64,000 nt of DNA from the human T2T-CHM13v2.0 reference genome, Homo sapiens, in assembly GCF_009914755.1 (NCBI RefSeq), contig NC_060937.1, one strand, 5' to 3'. Numbering within the stretch: position 1 is the first letter of the stretch; the number at the start of each line of letters is the position of its first letter. Made by a program: the position numbers and the translations under genes. This document shows, piece by piece, positions 24,881 through 41,034 of the stretch. Under the pieces are notes generated by a model that saw only the letters and a program-made list of their open reading frames with translations, ran no database searches and had not been told where the DNA came from.

Positions 24881-25279
24881 GGTACCACCTAAAATAGTGT
24901 CTGAAGTAACATTTCAGTATATAATTGCAAGCCAAACATTTCAAAAGTTACATTTATCTTGAGGGGATCTCCCTGGATATAAAAGATTGGACAAAAGAGC
25001 ACAGAGCTGAAAGGAGGACACATTATTGAATTTGGAACCCAGTTCATGAAATGAACAACAGAATAAGGCAGACCACATCACCACCATAACGGAGCTATGA
25101 TAAAACAAACAAAAAAACTCAAAATGCAAAAAAACTACAGGTGATATCAATTTCCCCCCAAAGCACTCCACAAACCTAATGTAGACTATAAGCCACCACC
25201 ACAAATGGAATATTCAAACAAGGAGGAATAATGATTAAACAAACATCTTGAAGAAGAAAACAAATACTAAGAAATAAAA

Positions 25280-27690
<2,411 letters not shown>

Positions 27691-28149
27691 AAAATCAAAG
27701 ATTTTATATCTAGCCAAGCAATCTTTAATGTGTTTAGAATGAAAAAACAGTAAGTTTTTAATGTGCCCTTCCTGAGGACTCTATTAGAGGATGAGCTTTA
27801 TCCAACCAAGACCTGACTGGGGGAAACTGGGCAAAAGGACTAATGGTGAATATTTCATATAATTTGTGAGATAGAGAAACTCTGGATTTGGGACTCAGGA
27901 ATCAATATTTTTTTAATTTCCCAGATGACTCCAGTGTACCCAAAGTTTAGAAACACTTGTACTTCCTTCTTCTACTGTCATTTATTGCAATTCTTATTCA
28001 ATTTCTTTCCCTTTGGCAGTGTACACGTTTGTTTTTGTCTGTGTTCCCACTGCCCTACATTTTATGATAATAGGGATATCTTTATTCCAATAGCAACAAA
28101 ATCCTAAAAACAGAAAGATAATGATGGGGTAGAAAATACATGAGTGATA

Positions 28150-28300
28150 GGGGCACAAAGACCTAGGTTTGAATCTCTGGCTCTGCCACTCACTGTATGG
28201 CTAAGAGCAAGCCATTTATCTGGATCTCAATCATCTATGCAAGATGCAGGTGATACCATCTATTCAGTATGGTATGACTGTTTTATTAGGAATACACACC
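28150..28300 (+). mobile_element. MIR
   Basis: gacctaggtttgaatctctggctctgccact core. Confidence 0.6.
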
Positions 28301-28441
28301 CAATAGCTGATTGCTACTATTGTTAATAAAAACAGTACAGGAAATGTTTACACTAACAAAGCAAATGAAGTATGCTTGGAATATACCAAAAAATGTTATA
28401 AATTCGATGTAAAAGCATATGGAAGGCTAGAAAATCCATAC

Positions 28442-28561
28442 CTGCTCCCCTGGCTGTTGAGGACTACAAGTTGTGGGCTGCTGAGGTTGTTGTGGTGTAA
28501 ACTGGGAGAGCTGCTGTTGCTGCTGCTGCAGAGTGTTAAAAATAAGTGAACCACCTGGAAG
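28442..28561 (-). CDS. SUPT20H: SUPT20H exon 23 (Q-rich)
   Basis: taatag|CTT CCA...CAG|gtatgg, 120 nt. Confidence 0.9.
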
Positions 28562-29861
28562 CTATTAAGAATTTAAACAAAAATTAACCAATTTCACATG
28601 ATTTTATATCAAATATTTAAATTTATTCTACAAATATTTTTGGATCATTTGCTATGTGTCACTCTTCTAGTTATTGAAGAAACAGGTAAAGAAAAAACAA
28701 GTTGGCTGCCCTTAAAAAAAAGACCTATTTAGAAACTGTTTTTAAGTCCTATTACTTTGGGCTCCCAAGTATGCTAATACTCTTAAACATAAATTTTTCT
28801 GCTTCAAGCTAGTAGTTAGCTATTCCAATTCACATGCTATTTTTCATTTCACTCTTTTTATACATCAATACAAAAGAGCACTAAATACATTAGAAAGTAC
28901 AAACAAGCAGCTTATGAATCAGAAATGTATACTACGAAAAGCCACCCCTCATAAATTTGTTCTAGTTTTGCCAAAAACACAAATATTATACAAGATCTTT
29001 TGTATAACACAGTGAGGAATTTCAAAGCTGAAAAGAAAGTGCATTTAGATGTCCATATTTATTCTGTAGACCACTACTTTCTCTTTCATTCAAATCTAAT
29101 TTGAATTTAATCCAAATTAAAAAACAATTTTTAAAGAAGCACTCAGAAAACTCCAGGTTAAAAGGGAAAACAATGCTTTTCAAATGCACCAAAAAACAAA
29201 CAGTTTTTCCATTTTAAGCTATAGGGGTTTATATACGGACCACTTTGAGGTCCTTAGGAGAATGTCCAAGACAATACCAAATACAGAACTCTTAGGTCTG
29301 TATAGTCAAAAAAATAATAATAAAAAAAAAATAAAAAATCCTTGGGTCAAAGTATCTATCTATATCCATCACAGCTCATCATTAGGTAAATCTAGACACA
29401 GCACAGATCAAATGTTCCTTCCTCAATCAGTATACAGTAAATGTAGAAAAATATAACAAACTAAAGGATTTCCATTCCTGTTAACACTGAGACTGATCCC
29501 TAAGAAAATTTCAAAAGCAATATGCCGGAAGGTAGGCTAAATAAACAAATGCAATTTGTGGGCTTGCCCATATTATAAGTATATTGTTCTGCAATTAGTC
29601 TGTAAACATACTGCATCGTATATAGGAAACAAGTTTTAAATTTTAGCTCTAATGAGAATTTCCTGATTTGTTAATCCTGAATACCAGGGTGGCTGATCTG
29701 TTATTGTTATTTCCCATCAATCCATAGCTCTACTATGTTACATATCCAGATCTTTATAGTCACGTCTATCCATTTTCCAAACTACTAGCTTAAAGCTTAC
29801 TCCTTCTTTAAATTAGAGGACCTAGCATAACACGAGGAATGTTGTAAATTCACCCCCCTTG

Positions 29862-30145
29862 TTTTTCTTTTGAGGCAGGATCTTACTCTGTTGCCTAGGC
29901 TGGAATGCAGTGGCACAATGTCAGCTCACTGCAGCCTCGACTTCCTGGGCTCAAGTGATCCTCCGACCTCAGCCTCTTGAGTAGCAGGGATTACAGGTGC
30001 ATGCTACCACGCTTGGCTAACTTTTTGTAGTGATGGGGTTTTACCATATTGCTCAGGCTGGTCTCGAACTCCTGAGCTCAAGCAATCCACCCACCTGGGT
30101 CTCCCAAAGTGGTGGGATTCTAGGTGTGAGCAACCATGTACGGCC
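29862..30145 (-). mobile_element. AluJ
   Basis: Reverse dimer with J-type gcagcctcgacttcctgggctcaag. Confidence 0.92.
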
Positions 30146-30538
30146 CACATACCTATTTTTTAAATCTCCTTCAAGCACAAAAAAAAACCAGTATTACATA
30201 TATGTATACATAAAACATCTGTTGGGAAAGCAATTATTTTCTAAATACATCCACTATTATTATTGTAGGGAAGTATCCTCCTTGGTAGGTGCAAATTCTC
30301 CCCACTAGCACAGCTAGTTCTTAATTAGGCAGGGCTACTGGAGCCAAAGTGTGGTATATAGGATACTGATTCTTTCTCTTTATCCGCTTGATCATACAAA
30401 GGTAGCAATAATAACCACACCCTTAGAAGAATCTAAACAGACCTCAGAATTTCAAGTGCTGATACATATAGATATACATTGTTTAGAAAAAAAGTCAATG
30501 TACAAAAAATTTAATCAAAAGCAGTATTTCAGGTTTAC

Positions 30539-30594
30539 CTGGAGTAGATTTAAGGGCCTGAGACTTGAAGTATTTTTTAAACCAAATGGAACAC
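30539..30594 (-). CDS. SUPT20H: SUPT20H exon 22
   Basis: taacag|GT GTT...CAG|gtaaac, 56 nt. Confidence 0.92.
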
Positions 30595-31169
30595 CTGTTA
30601 AATAAAACTCATGGTTATAACAGAATTGAAAGTTTATTACACATGAAAATAATTTATACTTTAGTATATATAAGTACAATAATTTTATGTATTCTCTGCA
30701 TAGATGTGCTTATTTTCCATACTTCAAAAATATCTTAAAAACAAAAGATTGTCTTCAATATTTATCAATACTGAGATTTTATTCAAAGTTGTGAAGCACC
30801 AGATGCACATTATATTCTATATTTCAGAAACTGGGACTTCTTTTTCATTCTTCTGACTGTTGGCTGAACAAAGAGTAATCAAGAATTATGTGAACACCAT
30901 GAATATAACAAAACTATCACTGCTGTGCAAATACATTCCAGGTATTGGCATCTATTTACATTTCTCAATGCTACATAGTATACTATAATAATCATATCTC
31001 TAAGAACCGGTGTGCTTTATGCTATTTTTTTTTAACTAAAAATGTTAATCAGAATGCTAAAGAATGTTGCAATTTGTGTATAAAGATCAAAACAGAGTCA
31101 GGAAACAGTGCTCTGTTAATTTAAACTTATTCCTAAAAAATCTGTTACATTAACACAGAGCATATCTTA

Positions 31170-31320
31170 AAGCTGGGGGTGACAAACGTTTTCAATAAAG
31201 GGCCATCATGTGGGCTTTGTGAGCACAAATGGCCTCTGCTGCATTTTCTTTTCATAATCCTATAAAAATGTAGTAACCATTTCTAGCTTAGGCTGTGTGC
31301 TGTAGTTTGTTGATCCTGGT
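31170..31320. mobile_element. MER58-like hAT-Charlie remnant
   Basis: gggggtgacaaacgttttc...aaagggcca start; recalled similarity. Confidence 0.5.
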
Positions 31321-32079
31321 CTCAAGGTATGTATATATTTTGCTAACAAAATATACTAATTTGAACACTATTTAAAAATGTATCTAGTTCTCTATCATAT
31401 CATTTTTTTTTTTTAAAGATTTAAGGGAAGAAATGCACATGTAACACTAGCGAAGCCTTGTATAAGAAACTGAAATTTGGCAAAAATATCCCTTTCTGGA
31501 AAAATTCTCATTTAAGAAAATGGCTTAACCCCCTTTTAAAAGTGGATGACATCTGTATAATGCTTTCTAGCTTACCAAAGGCACTTTCATACTTCATTTA
31601 GTTCTCTTAAGTACCAACTGGAGATATTTTTATTCCCACTTTAGAGCAAACTGAACTGAGGATAAGGGGGAAAAATTTAGTGACTTCTGTAGAACCCCAG
31701 TTTAGCAACTGAAGCCACATGTAACTGGTACAACTAGTAGTTACATGTAAATATCCTAAGTTCAAGATGTGAAGTCCATTTCCAGGACTTCTCGCACTAA
31801 GGCACACTTATGCTTATTAAAATAAGAACACTAGCTAGAATTAGGAAATTACAGCAACATGTTAGCATGTTTAATTATATTCTCTAGGTTCTCTTTCTCA
31901 TAACTAAGAAAGTTTTTAATAAATTTTTCTAGATTGTTTTTCCTATTACATTTTTCTTCAAGTGAAACTGAATCGTTTCAAGATATTATAATACATTATT
32001 TTAAAGAGCATCAAAAAAATAAGCACAAGTTATTATAACTGTTTTCCTGTATAGGTAATAACTACTCCTAAATAAAAGA

Positions 32080-32310
32080 ATGCTTATCATGTCTCAGGCA
32101 CAGTTTAAACACATAATTTGTATTATATTTCATTTAATCCTCACGACTATGAGGTAAGTTTTTATTGCTATTCCCATTTTATTTATGAGGAAAATTAAAC
32201 ACAAAGGTAACTTTCTCAAGATGACACAAATGGTTAAGCTGTACAACTGGGATTCAAGCTGAGGTAGTCTGGCTCCAGAATCCAGGCTCTTAACTGCGAT
32301 GCAGTTGCCT
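32080..32310 (-). mobile_element. MIR
   Basis: catttaatcctcac...cccatttt...gaggaaa...ggctccagaatccaggctcttaac. Confidence 0.75.
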
Positions 32311-32645
32311 CTTGTACACAATGTATATTTTCAAAATACACTTATTTTCCCTGGAATATAACTACGATGACAATAAGGCTACCAAAATTAATTTTGTTAT
32401 TTGGAAAGCAGAAGAAAGATTTGCACAGACTCACAGGCTTACCAAGTTTTCCACAGAAGTTGACTGCTAGAAGACTTTTAATTCAAATGCCAGAACTTTT
32501 AAAGGCTTTTTAAGTGAAATATATGTGATACAACACTTCATGAAATAATGACATTAAATGCCTTTAGCATTACTCTTAAAATTACATTTTTACTTTAGCA
32601 TATACTTTAATTTTTTTTAGAGGTTATTATTTCCAACATTCTGAC

Positions 32646-32800
32646 CTGCTTGAGAAGCTGCCTGCATTGCACTGGGCAGTGCATTTGGTAGCAGACCTCC
32701 TGAGGGTAGAAGGCCGCTCAGGTTTATTCCTGCAGGAGTTATGGCACCAGTGTTACAGCCCAGCATGGGGTTTGAACCACTCATCAAAGCCTGGGCCCCA
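32646..32800 (-). CDS. SUPT20H: SUPT20H exon 21
   Basis: ctgcag|T GGG...GCA G|gtcaga, 155 nt. Confidence 0.92.
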
Positions 32801-33208
32801 CTGCAGGAGAATAAGACAAAGCATTAAACTTCACTGTAAAAGGAAAAAATCAGCCACACAATTCCTCAGATTAAAAAACAAAACTACTAAGCAAACACAA
32901 CTAGTTATTTATCTGTCTTAAATATCAAAGAAAGTAATGCAGAAGATAAATAGGAAATTCTAAGCTGCTGTCAAGATGAAGTATCAAAAAACAAAAACGA
33001 TAAGATGAGATATCATCTTAGTGCAGTTAACAGATGTATTATTTAAAATTAAAACATACATGGTCAGGCAGCTTCTGTCCATATCTAAACTATTCCTTTT
33101 CAGTCTGAGTAATATGCGGTTTGTTCTTAATTTCACACATTAAGAATTTATTTAGATTGGTGAAACTATCTTTATAAAAAAAAAATCCGAACATCAATGC
33201 AAACTTAC

Positions 33209-33278
33209 CAAACAGAGCCCACTACATTGATGAAGTTAAGTCCAGCAGAGTTTGCCATGACCTGGGTGGCCGTGGTTC
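33209..33278 (-). CDS. SUPT20H: SUPT20H exon 20, short form
   Basis: ctccag|GA ACC...GTT TG|gtaagt, 70 nt. Confidence 0.88.
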
Positions 33279-33515
33279 CTGGAGTTATAGATGTTACCAT
33301 GGTGGAAAGAGGAATGGTTGTTACAGGCATTGCCTGGCTCAGAGACCTTTGCTGCTGAGCAAACTGAGTTAACAAAGTGGGCTGAGGGGTGAAGCCTGAA
33401 TCTTGGGGAGTAGGGGTGGCTGAAGGGGTACTAGGAGTTGAGCTCTGAGCATCAGGAGGGTGTGGGGTCGATGAAGGGGTTGGTGTAGGAGTAGATGGCT
33501 TAGGAGTTCCAGATC
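33279..33515 (-). CDS. SUPT20H: In-frame 237-nt 5' extension of SUPT20H exon 20 (alternative acceptor; Pro/Thr/Ser-rich, 79 aa)
   Basis: gagcag|GA TCT GGA ACT CCT AAG...; open, same phase, GC-richer than flanking intron. Confidence 0.75.
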
Positions 33516-34228
33516 CTGCTCATTGAGAAAAATAAAAATTGCTAGTTTGTTATAAATGGCCAGTCCTTTTAAAATAAGGTTAATGGAATCTTACTTAGCA
33601 CTGACAATTTGTTCTAGTTTTTTTTTTTTTAGCAGTTAACTGCAAGTGTTAATTTCTACACATGATACATGAGTGTTGCTACACTCAATTACAATTAAGG
33701 ATGCAGTATATCACCTAAAAATCCCATTAAAGATGCTATTGCAGTAACAGTAAAAATATACAGTTATATTCTACCACAATACCCATTTAAAAGTTAGTTT
33801 CCTACATGCTGCCTTTGGCCTAAAAAGTTCAAAACGAATTCAAATTAATTTGTTATTTACGATTTCACTAATTCAAGACTTCATTTAAAAATATTGCTTA
33901 TTTAGTGTAAAAGTCTGAGATAAACTGTAAACATATTTAATAAGTTACATATGGTTAACAATCATATTTGGCACCTAAATATACATGTTTAATTCCTAAC
34001 ACATCAAGTTTATCCTGACAAACAAATTTACAAAAAACAGTAATAAAGCAAATATCTGAGAGATAATACTGCATCTTTAACAGTAACTGTGTACTTCTGT
34101 TTAAATGTAGAATGTATAGAAAATCTGTTGTGAATGAAGTATGCACAGTTTATCAATTTTTTAAAAAACAAAAACAAAAAACAAAAACCAAAAAAGTAAA
34201 ACCAAAAGCTCTTGAGGTGTTTTCTTTT

Positions 34229-34242
34229 TTAGCTTTCATGTC
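34229..34242 (-). CDS. SUPT20H: Alternative terminal exon of SUPT20H, coding start (R-H-E-S-stop)
   Basis: Very strong acceptor tttctttcctttctttctgcag|GA CAT GAA AGC TAA, in phase with exon 19. Confidence 0.6.
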
Positions 34243-35232
34243 CTGCAGAAAGAAAGGAAAGAAATGTGAATGTCCAGAAGCTGTCACTCAACCCTTACTT
34301 AAAGTAACAACTGTGTGCAGTAGATTACCATAATCCATACCCACAACATAAGAAGTGTGAATAAGACTTTCAGAAAATTTATATATTTTTCTTTGTGCAA
34401 AACAAGAAGGCAGAAAAATTACACCTTTTGAGCTATCGAGATGAAGATGTTTATATCTAATGCGAAGACCACCCTATCACTGTGCAGTGTACTAAAACTT
34501 TCAGCATATATTAGCTATCTATAAAAAATCTAAAAAACTGGAATGACTTTTTTCCCCAAATTGGTACTTTCAGATATTTACTAATTTGAAGAAATTCTCC
34601 CAAACTAATGCTAGCATTCTTGTATAACTCTTCTTGATGTTAAAAAAAAGTATTCAGTAGTAAAAATTACATTTCAGTATCTTCAGAATAATGCTTTATG
34701 ATTATCATCACATTTTAGTAACTGACAACAATTTATAAAAGAGTGTAGGAGTGTTTTTGAAATATTGTTTTTCAGTTTATTGTATCACCACCTTGGAACT
34801 AGTTGACTTCTTACATATACACAAAGATAGGACCTGCAGCAACAACTCTTATGACATTTTTTTCATATCAGCCACACAATTTACATAAATATGCAAAATG
34901 ATCCTAGGGTACACTGGAATAAAAAATATTTTGAAATCTTATTGCCACATGTAACTACCAGGTTATTTTTTTAAGGAGATGTGTAGGTTGTAAGCCTATA
35001 AGAAAGGTACACGCAGAATGCATACACAGATACAGAAAAACAAGTACAATTACAATAGAGACATAATACATACAATCAACAAGAGCTCTGCCTGAAGCTT
35101 CTAGCAACTTATACATTTTGGGTACACAGTACATTCAGATATCACTACTTCACAGGTTGAAAAAAGCTGTCTTGAGAAACACTAATGCAAAAGCTTATGA
35201 AGATTTAATGAAGAATTTAAGTTATGACTCAC

Positions 35233-35391
35233 TTTGTGATGAGCTGGCAGGTGATAGGGCAGCTGGAGAAAGCATGCTAACTTGATTGAGATCCACAGAT
35301 GATTTCCGAGGAATACTTGATGGCTTAGAAGAAGGAGGAGGAGTTGGAGATTTGAGAAAGCTGCTTGTCTGTTGTGGTGTAAAATAGTTAC
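35233..35391 (-). CDS. SUPT20H: SUPT20H exon 19
   Basis: ttctag|GT AAC...CAA A|gtgagt, 159 nt. Confidence 0.93.
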
Positions 35392-35537
35392 CTAGAAGAA
35401 CATAAAAGTTATTTCCTAAATTTATAATTCAAACTTCTGTGAACTGTAGAAATCAAAATGGGGCAAAGTTTTAAAAAGAGATTATGATTATATAATATTT
35501 GTTATTCTAGACTGCAAAAAACTAAGAAATGTAATAC

Positions 35538-35640
35538 CTGAGGAACTATTTCCTGAGCTTGAGGGAAGTTTGATTGGTGGGGGTCGATGTTTTACACCCT
35601 TCCCCAATACCGAAGACTGAACTGACACGGTTTCAGTTTG
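35538..35640 (-). CDS. SUPT20H: SUPT20H exon 18
   Basis: ttttag|CAA...TCA G|gtatta, 103 nt. Confidence 0.93.
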
Positions 35641-36142
35641 CTAAAAGACAATGACATTAAGCTTACTTGTTAAAATTAATACTGCTATAAACCCCAGATG
35701 ATATTTATATTTAACTTCATAGTTTATTAAATAAAATTAATACTGCTATAAATCCCAGATTTTTAACTCTGCAAAGTGCTCTTAGTGGTTACAGATTGAA
35801 TACTATATGTATTACAGAGAAAATTTCACATGAGATTCATGAAATATATTACAGTACACATAAAGAATGAGGAAAAGATTTCTGAGTAATAGGGTGGGAA
35901 GAGAGAGTTTTAGGGAGAAAGGCAGAGGAGTAAGATGAAAGCAAGCTTCCACTCTTCCATACTTATCTATTAAAGGAAAATAACAGCTGTTGAAGCCAAA
36001 TGACTAGAACACAGGTGTTCATTGTAATTTTCCTTTTATCTTTGTGTACATTTAAAAATCATGTTATAAAGAGTTAAATAATTTTAAAAAAAGGTAAAAG
36101 TAGAAACAAAACTAAACTGTACCCCCGCTCCTCAAAAAATGA

Positions 36143-36439
<297 letters not shown>

Positions 36440-36517
36440 TCCAAAAATGATTCTTAACATTTCTCAGATTACTTGTGAAACAACTGGGCACAAAGAAGTA
36501 ACATTAATGAAACACAC

Positions 36518-36635
36518 ATCTGTTTCTTTCCCTGGAGAAACCTGACTCAGACTGGCTGAGCCACTGGAGCTGTGTGACATCTTGACCGGACATTTGGCTT
36601 CATTCTGGACTAATTCTTGGTACTGATTGACTACC
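36518..36635 (-). CDS. SUPT20H: SUPT20H exon 17
   Basis: ttttag|G GTA...GAT|gtgtgt, 118 nt. Confidence 0.9.
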
Positions 36636-37401
36636 CTAAAATATCAGGAGAAAACAGGTAAAGATTAGAAAACCTGTTTTAAACACAAATTTATTTTATA
36701 GGAAAGAATAATGACTATTAATGGCAAAAAGAAAGTTCTATCAAAATTAACATAAATATTAAAAATTAGGCAATTTATCTTTGTGTTAAAAGTACATATT
36801 TTTAAACTGTTCAATGACAAATTGTCCAAAACATTGTGCTAAATAACAATCTAAAGATATACTTTCAATATCTTATTTCTAATACAGAAATTACAGGGAT
36901 TACTTAAGTAATAAGCAGCCAAAGAAAATACTCAATTCCTTTCTTAGATTCTGATTAAAGTACTATCTAGAAATCATCTTCCTTAGCTACAGTAGATATG
37001 TCTAAGTTTTCTTATTTAAAACAAAACTATATTTTAAACATTTCTTTTGTTTTCTTAATTCTATGAAAAAAAACCTAGGTATTATAAACTTTGGAAAAAT
37101 GCATTTAAGTCCCCCAAAAATCTCATCCCATGAAAAGAACCATTCTTAGTAGTTTGGTGTATCACAAGCTTACAGATATTTTTCTAGAATCAGTAAGATT
37201 TTAAAGTTGGAAAGGACCTTAGAGGTTTTATTGTCCAATGCCCTAATTTTACAACAGAGGCCCATAAATATTAAACAGTGTAAATATGGTTAACAGCATA
37301 ACCAAAATCAAAGTTTTTAACTCCTAGTATTCTCTATCCTATAAGGGTGAAAAATTTTTCATATCCATCCTGACCAAAATAAGAGATGCAAATATTTTTA
37401 C

Positions 37402-37434
37402 CTCTCAGCATCGGTCTTTGATCCAATAATGAAC
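37402..37434 (-). CDS. SUPT20H: SUPT20H exon 16 (33 nt)
   Basis: ttttag|G TTC...GAG AG|gtaaaa. Confidence 0.9.
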
Positions 37435-37987
37435 CTAAAATGTTTAAGGAAAAAAAAGGAGAGAAAAGTATTAGGTAAGAGTTGTCTTAAGAAGGCTTGG
37501 GATTACTTTTGAATCTTCCATGTTTTAGTCACAGTAATATAAACTGGTATTAAATCTACCAAGATATGAAAAAAATTTTTTTAATGCATTTAAACATATG
37601 AAACAATGACTAAGTTTTGCATGCATTATGAAACAATGTGAATAATTTGGTTGATTTAATTAAGTGATATTTCTTTTGGCACAAAATTTATTTATTAAAA
37701 CATAATCTGGGCTGAAAGTTACCAAGTGCTATATACCCTTACAACTATTGATCCTAAAGCAAAATCACTGAACTAACATGTGCAAAGGTCTTTGGCCTTC
37801 CTCTCACTTTAACCTGCAATTTTAGAAGTTACTATTAATGTCTACATAACAGATCCTTAGAATATATTTCAAACAAAGTATACATATTTATCACTGATTC
37901 AAATAAAGTATATTTAGCAAGTCTTTTTAAAGAGTTTGATATTTATGTAATTTCTTAACAGATTAAAATAGTTTATTTTTTAATTAC

Positions 37988-38014
37988 CAATTTGAATGAT
38001 CATCTGTGGACGAG
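37988..38014 (-). CDS. SUPT20H: SUPT20H exon 15 (27-nt microexon, SSTDDHSN)
   Basis: tttcag|C TCG...AAT TG|gtaatt. Confidence 0.88.
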
Positions 38015-38324
38015 CTGAAATATAAAATGTAAAAAAAAGCTTAGTTAATGCAGCTCAAACTTTAACTTCATAGTTTATTAAATAAAGTATTTTATGAATA
38101 TGGAAGAATGACTGGAAGATAATAAATCATGCAGCTACTCTGATGCAAAGGTAAAAAATTCAATTCTCTTCCTGTCAAACAAATTAGTCATTTGGCTCTA
38201 TAGACCAATTTTTTCACAAAAGAACATGTATCACCCTTGTGTTCTACAAAAATAAGTTAATAAATTAAAAATGGCCAATGTATGTTGTCTTTAAGTGAAA
38301 AGATTTTTTTAAATATAAGTAATC

Positions 38325-38455
38325 AATATTGGGTACTATATTCACTACCTGGGTGATGGGATCAGCAGACACCCACACCTTAGCATCATAAATATACCCC
38401 TGTAACAAACCTGCACACATACCCCTATATCTAAAATAAAAATAAAGAAAAAAAA
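38325..38455 (+). mobile_element. Short L1P/L1MA 3'-terminal fragment
   Basis: tacctgggtgatggg...gtaacaaacctgcac...ctaaaataaaa followed by an A tail. Confidence 0.85.
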
Positions 38456-39345
38456 TGGCTTCCTTAGAAATGCATGCTGAGGATTCAGAAATAAACTGTT
38501 GTGATGTCTATAACTTAAAAAAAAAAGAAGAAAATGTATGTTATCAAAATATCTGATCCTTTTACAATAATAAAAACTGGTCATGTGAAAAAACAAGCTG
38601 AGGATTCCCTGTTATTTCCTTTCATTGACTTTTACCTAAATATTGGTGGGGTTGCTCTTTAAAATCCACCTTTCTACTGTAGTTTCAATTAGTATTTTGT
38701 GTAAGTAAAGGCTTTACAATTAACATAGACCTCGCCCCCATCCTTTTCTGCTGAGCTTCTTTTTTGTTTTCAAAACAGAAAACTTATTTTTCAAATCAAT
38801 TTGATTAAAAAAACCAAATAAATAGTAAAACAAAATAAAACTAAATACTGACAGTACCAAATATATGTAGTTCATACATTTTGGAAGATCATCTATATTT
38901 TTATGTATTAATATGTAGGGCCAATAACTACAATAAGCATTGAGTCTGTGTCCTTACATGCAGTGCCAAAATACCAAGCATCTTTTCACATTTATAGTAA
39001 ACTTGCTTCCTATTTAAACACACTATTGCCCAAACACTTCATGTTCACAGGTTAAAGTCCTAAGTGCCATAAACATATAAAGAAGGATATCACAGGAATA
39101 GCCTTCAAAACAAGCATAAAAATAATTATACCATAGGTTTTTTTATTTTTAATAACTCTTGAGCAACATGGTAACTACGACTTAAGTTTACTTAGGTCTA
39201 CCGCCAAATCTAATTGTTATATTTAACTAATAAGTGAGTTCCCAAAGAGAAATTTTTATTCATTAATGGTTCATCAGTAGTTACTAGATAAATTCTTGGT
39301 GCCTTATTTTTTTTTTTCCAGTTACTTGTATTTAACAGAACTCAC

Positions 39346-39503
39346 TGTGATGGAGACATCTGGCTGTCACTTTCTTCATCTGCTTTACATGGCTGTATTT
39401 TACCATAGTAAAGTGGATCTCCAAGCGACTGCAAGATGGTCAGCTTTGTTTTCTGATACTGAGTACCAGCTTCACATTCAAATACATAATCATCTTTTAC
39501 ATC
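39346..39503 (-). CDS. SUPT20H: SUPT20H exon 14
   Basis: tttcag|GAT...TCA CA|gtgagt, 158 nt. Confidence 0.93.
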
Positions 39504-40443
39504 CTGAAAAATGCATAGCACCTCAAATAAATACCTTCACAAGTAGGCAGGCAATAAGAATTAGTAAAAATCAGGAATAAATGATACAGTAACATGTATC
39601 TGACGATAGGAAGACACACAGCACTTAGGCTACAAAGATATTTAAGTCTGCCTATGAGAATAAAGCACAGCACGGTTCTTTTCCTAAAAACTATATGGGC
39701 ACTCAGCATGCATTTAGTAAAGCATTAACATATACTATGAAGTATGAACACATATGTAACAATATTAATACATCATTAAATACATTATTAGACATATTGA
39801 TATACATATAATAACAATGAACATTAATCAAACACTGTTCTCAGCACTCTACAGGGACTGAAAGCTCCACCATATTTTCATGGTTGGCACTGTTATTACC
39901 TCCGTATTAGAAGTCAGGGAATTAAGCAAAGAGAGGTTAAATGAATTGCCTAGGGTCACACAGGGAGTTAGCAGTCTGTCCCTAAGCTTGCACCCCTGAT
40001 CCTCATGCTGCCGTGCCTGTTTATGCTCAGGAGGGCAGTACAGGATTCTTTTTTACATGGTACTCTGGGAATGAGAGTTTAAATGGCATGTTTAATCAAG
40101 CTTAATATGGCAGAATTTCATACTAGATATATGAATTGCAAATATTAAATAATATTAAAAGGATAAAACTTTCAAAAGCAGATCTATTTATCATTTGTCT
40201 GCTTTTGCTATCACACACAAAAAACATCTGTCATCATTTCACTCCCAGAGTTCACCTAATTTAAATATTACACCTATTCCTCTCTTTTTAAGACGTTATT
40301 ATTGCAATTAGGAAAACTTATAAAGAACACTTCTGTTAAAAGCCAGCCTTAGAAGAATTTATTAATTAGAAACAAAACAAATCAGAACTACCAATACGCA
40401 AACCAAAAGTAAAAATGAAGTTCTTCATTAAAATTGCTCTTTA

Positions 40444-40766
<323 letters not shown>

Positions 40767-40962
40767 TTGCTGTTTAAAATGCAAAGCATACTCTGATAAA
40801 CAAAATAGTTGTTTCTTCTTGTAATAAACTGAACTCGCAGAAACTAATTTAAAAAAGAAAAAAGGTCCCAAACTAATGGCAATTGCACTTTATGTTTAAT
40901 AAATTCAGAGGCCAGATTAGAAATGGCATAATTAGAAACAGAGACAGGCAATGATTTCTTAC

Positions 40963-41034
40963 ATGGGCTGGCCAGACTGTTGGCTGTGAGTCATCAGATT
41001 TGATAGACTTTTCCACTTTAGCATATTTCTCCAC
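40963..41034 (-). CDS. SUPT20H: SUPT20H exon 13
   Basis: gtttag|GTG...CAT|gtaaga, 72 nt. Confidence 0.93.

Noticed and set aside
38727-38760. Possible microexon (cagaaaaggatgggggcgag|gtctat) in SUPT20H intron 14
   Set aside because: Purine-rich acceptor, weak donor, length not a multiple of three.
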